DNA of 64,000 nucleotides. It comes from Podarcis liolepis. Lineage: Eukaryota. Numbering within the stretch: the first letter of the stretch is position 1; each line of letters opens with the position of its first letter. The position numbers and the translations under genes are program-made. The stretch lies in NCBI GenBank assembly GCA_965112155.1, contig OZ218102.1; one strand, 5' to 3'. Under the pieces are notes generated by a model that was not told the DNA's origin, made no database searches, and saw nothing but the letters and a program-made list of their open reading frames with translations. Below are positions 60,265-64,000 of this stretch, one piece after another.

Positions 60265-60483
60265 CAATGGTACCTCGGGTTAAGAACAATTTGTTCCAGA
60301 GGTCCGTTCTTAACCTGAAACTGTTCTTAACCTGAGGTACCACTTTAGCTAATGGGGCCTCCTGCAGCTGCCGCCGCCACCCGATTTCTGTTCTCATCCT
60401 GAAGCAAAGTTCTTAACCTGAGGTACTATTTCTGGGTTAGCGGAGTCTGTAACCTGAAGCGTCTGTAACCTGAGGTACCACTG
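60265..60483 (+). mobile_element. Tc1/mariner MITE, family A copy 4
   Basis: TA-CAATGGTACCTCGGGTTAAG...AACCTGAGGTACCACTG-TA. Confidence 0.92.
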
Positions 60484-61909
60484 TATGCGCTTGGCATCTC
60501 ATTTATGGGTGCCATATTGCCACACCAGCACAATGCCCACACCAGTGGGCTATGGAGCCCTGGTATGCCAGCCATGAATGTATAGCCTAATAGGTTTAAG
60601 ACGCTGCGCATGTGCAATGACACATGGATAGATCCCTCTTCTCCACATGTTTCTGATTAAAACTAGCCTAAGAGGCAACTGTCTATATTACATAGTAGTG
60701 AGCATGTGTTCACATTTGACAGTGCCCAGCAGCCACCAACCACATGAGACACATTAGTGAACATGTGCATAGCGTTACAGCTCAGCACCAGCGACAATCA
60801 CTCAGCTGGAATTTTAATTTGATAAGTGTTTGGCCCCTTCATTTGCCACAACCTGCTAAGAATGGTGAAATTCAGGCTGACCTTTATCGTTCTGGCAGGT
60901 TTACAACTAATTGGTAACTTGCTCTGTTTGTGTAGGGAAGAATTTTATTTTATTAAAGACCCAGCGGGTCTAACACAAAATGTTATGGTTATAGAATTAA
61001 TAGGTTCTTAGAAGAAATTAAAATTAATGTATAAATGACCCTAAGGCTATATCATTTAATAGAGGATAATATCCGTCCTCATTATTTTTTTGTACCACCT
61101 GCCAAACTCCAGGATGTAAATACAATTTCATATGACATCTTACAGTTCATAAATCTGTTTTTTAAGAACAAACAAAAACCACCCACTGTATGCCATTTCC
61201 AATAAATGTTTTCTAATGCTCCCATTAGTTAGATGAAGCAGTTTGCCTTTCAATCACTTATCTATAGCATAGGGCTCTTACAGCTACTCAGGGAAGTCTA
61301 GCCCACCAGTTTGGTTTTGAAGGCAAAACATAAAATAAAACAAGGCACTAAAATGGTGGAAGGGAATTTAAAGTCACTTTGACAGCCAGTATTTATGACT
61401 TGTTTGTGTACCAAATGAAATAGATGTATTTTATTTGTTAAGGTGGCTGCTTAAGTCTTGCAGGGGGAGATAAATTCTGTATTATTTATGACCTGCTACT
61501 TCAGCTGGACACTATAAATTCAAATCACTAGGACTGCATCTCTTCTATTCCATCCCACAACACATCCACCCATTTTTTTAATCTTCTCCATGTCTCTCAG
61601 AAGTTATTTTGAGATAATGTATTATCATTCAGGGATTTCTGAAAGGGGAAGCCAAGTTGGCATGACACAGTTTCCCCTATGCCAGTGCTGCAATTTAACA
61701 AAGAGACAAGTTAAGTGATGAAGACAATTTATGCAGCTGGAACGGGATGAGCATTCTGATCCTCTCTGCCCTCCCCTTTTCTGAAATGGTCTCGACACGC
61801 CTACCTGCCTCAAATGACTCAGACACACAGTTTATCACTAGCAAAGTTGTTTCTCTTGATGGCAAAATGGCAACCTCTCAGATTTGTTTGTGCACACTGA
61901 AATCCTCGC

Positions 61910-61985
61910 CGTACCTACTCAGAAATAAGCGTATTTGAATTCAGTGGGGCTTACTCCCAGGTAAGTGAGGTTAGGATTGCTGCAG
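61910..61985. repeat. Short interspersed repeat fragment (relatives at about 49690-49768 and 34760-34810)
   Basis: CTACTCAGAAATAAG...GGGCTTACTCCCAGGTAAGTG.GGTTAGGATTGC. A reverse-orientation relative CCCCACTTACCCGGGAGCAAG...ACTTACTTCTAAG is at 49700. Confidence 0.5.
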
Positions 61986-64000
61986 TCTTGGAGCAAAACC
62001 AAGAGAGGATTTTGTGGCACCCTGAAGATGCAGCACAAAACCTGCATCTTGGCAATGTTCTTCAGGAGTCTAATGGATTGCCACATCGCAAGGTTAAATC
62101 TGGTTTCTTCCACAGGGAGTGATTCCAAAAGCATAGCTGAGCAACAAGTGTATTCAAGGTGCCACCAGAGTAGGTGTGTCTTCTGATTTTGCTAAAAGAG
62201 ACCAATTCCTTTAGGAACTGATCCCTATGGAAAAAATACCAGATTCAGCAATATGAGGCAGACATCCATTGGTTCTGGGGGGAAACTCACCCAGATCCAG
62301 TCAACAAATGTAAGTGACATCCAAGTACACAATTGTGTTATCACCTCTTCAGTTGCTTGACCTTTGTTGTACAGATACTGCAAGAGGGAAATGATTATAC
62401 CTTTTAAAAGTGGCAAGCAGCAATAATATATTGCATACTCACTTCTCAATCGATGCCACAGGCACGTATATTGTGCACAGATACCTCTACCAGACAAGAT
62501 GAATGAATGAACGCATGAACGAAAGGGAATACCATGTCCTGCAATAAATCAATGAACTGCAATTCCCACTTACTGATAAGTTATCATAATACCTCAGTCA
62601 ATCATGCTCTGATAACCTCCCTCTTGATTACTGTAACACATTCTGTATGGGGCCACCCTTGAAAATAATTAGGGAGATGGAGCTAATACAGGGTCCTGCC
62701 ACTCACCTTTTAAAGAGGGCAAGCTGGGTGGAGCACTGTGCCCTGATACACACACTCACTGTACTGGCTGTCAATATGCTTCCAACTCAAAAGGGCTGGT
62801 GCATGTTATTTCAATACTGAAAAGTTTATTTAAAGCCTGGTGAAAAGATCTCCTGGATCTGATCAAAAGCCAACCTGATCCTGGAGGTAGCACACTACCA
62901 ACATGACTAGTAGCTACTTGTGCCTCCTCATTCACACAAATCAGCAGAAGAGGCATCTCCATGTTTCCTCTTTTATTCAAGTGAAATTAGCTATGTCACA
63001 AGCTGGGGCCTTCTCGGTGGTGGCACATATGTCCTATAGGAAATCCATCCCATTCTGCCTGCGATCTGACGGCAAATGAATATGACTCCCTACTTGCAAC
63101 CCCACAGTGGTATCACTGCGTCATCCAGGACTGCCAAATAGGAATGGTGGAAGGGTGCTGAGATACTCAGTAATATGCTCTATTAAGTTGTCTCTAGTCA
63201 CCAACCATTCATTTTACACCATCTTCTGCCTGAAGCACGTTCGGTTAATGTTCAAATGCCATTAAATTCCAGAATCAAACCTCTCTGAATAATACATCTT
63301 GATCTCTGCAGAACCGTGCGAGAGCCTTTCAAAAAATTAGGAAGCATGTAAGATATATTTCAAGAGCAGTTCTTTGGAAGCATCCAGGTGGTTTTTAGGG
63401 CTGAACGGCAGGGTGCCAGAATCAGCAGATGCAGTTTAATTAGTTCACTGCATAAATAAAAGGGAAATAGCCTTTAAAAACCTAACGCCACAGAGCGACA
63501 GAGCTGGTTGGAGGAGACTAGCTCTGTGGAACGTCTCGTGGTGACGACTTCAAAGCAGCATTAGGCAATCTTCTGGAGGGCAAATCTTATCAGTGGCCAT
63601 TAAGGAAAACAGAATGTACAGAAGCTGTATTCTGAATGCCCGCTGCAGGTGTCCAAAAAGCTCATTTTGTGACAAATCTCATCCTCACCAAGGCAGGGGG
63701 AACGAACTTTCGCATCATGCCTGAAGGAAAAAGAAAAGCCCTAGTGTCTCAGGCACTGTAAACTCCCAGCCTTGAACAAAGTGTTGGTATTTTTAGATGG
63801 AGGCTTGTTTCCTCTTCCCCATTATGCATATTCCAACTCCAAACTGCTTTTGCTGAAGATTATAATAAAGCCTTCAGGGCAGCAGAATTAGCTCTCAACA
63901 TTTCTCAAGTGCGTTTGTGTACCATAGTAATGGTGTGTGTGTGTAAAGGACTCTGTACTCTCTCCACACCCACACCCCCACTGCTTGCCTCTGCTATCTC

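Overview
This is vertebrate genomic DNA, almost certainly from a squamate and most likely a lacertid lizard, judged from Sauria SINEs with (ACCTTT)n tails, Squam3-like SINEs with (CTT)n tails, and CR1 and L2 LINE remnants. I recognise no host protein-coding exon, intact RNA gene, CRISPR array or intact transposase/RT, so the window reads as a large intron or intergenic region. The listed ORFs are chance ORFs or lie in repeats. The window is dense with non-autonomous DNA transposons (hAT with 8-bp TSDs, Tc1/mariner with TA TSDs), SINEs, LINE fragments and microsatellites. A few repeat-free, CpG-retaining stretches may be conserved enhancers. The most notable structure is a pair of young hAT elements (18996-19831 and 23351-23833) with identical TIRs and shared ends but complementary interiors. 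Together they reconstruct what looks like a head-to-head CpG-island promoter (CRE, NRF1, E2F, ETS-like motifs) with a splice donor facing outward on each side, i.e. a candidate promoter-carrying Pack-type hAT family. Family names come from memory of consensus features, not database searches.
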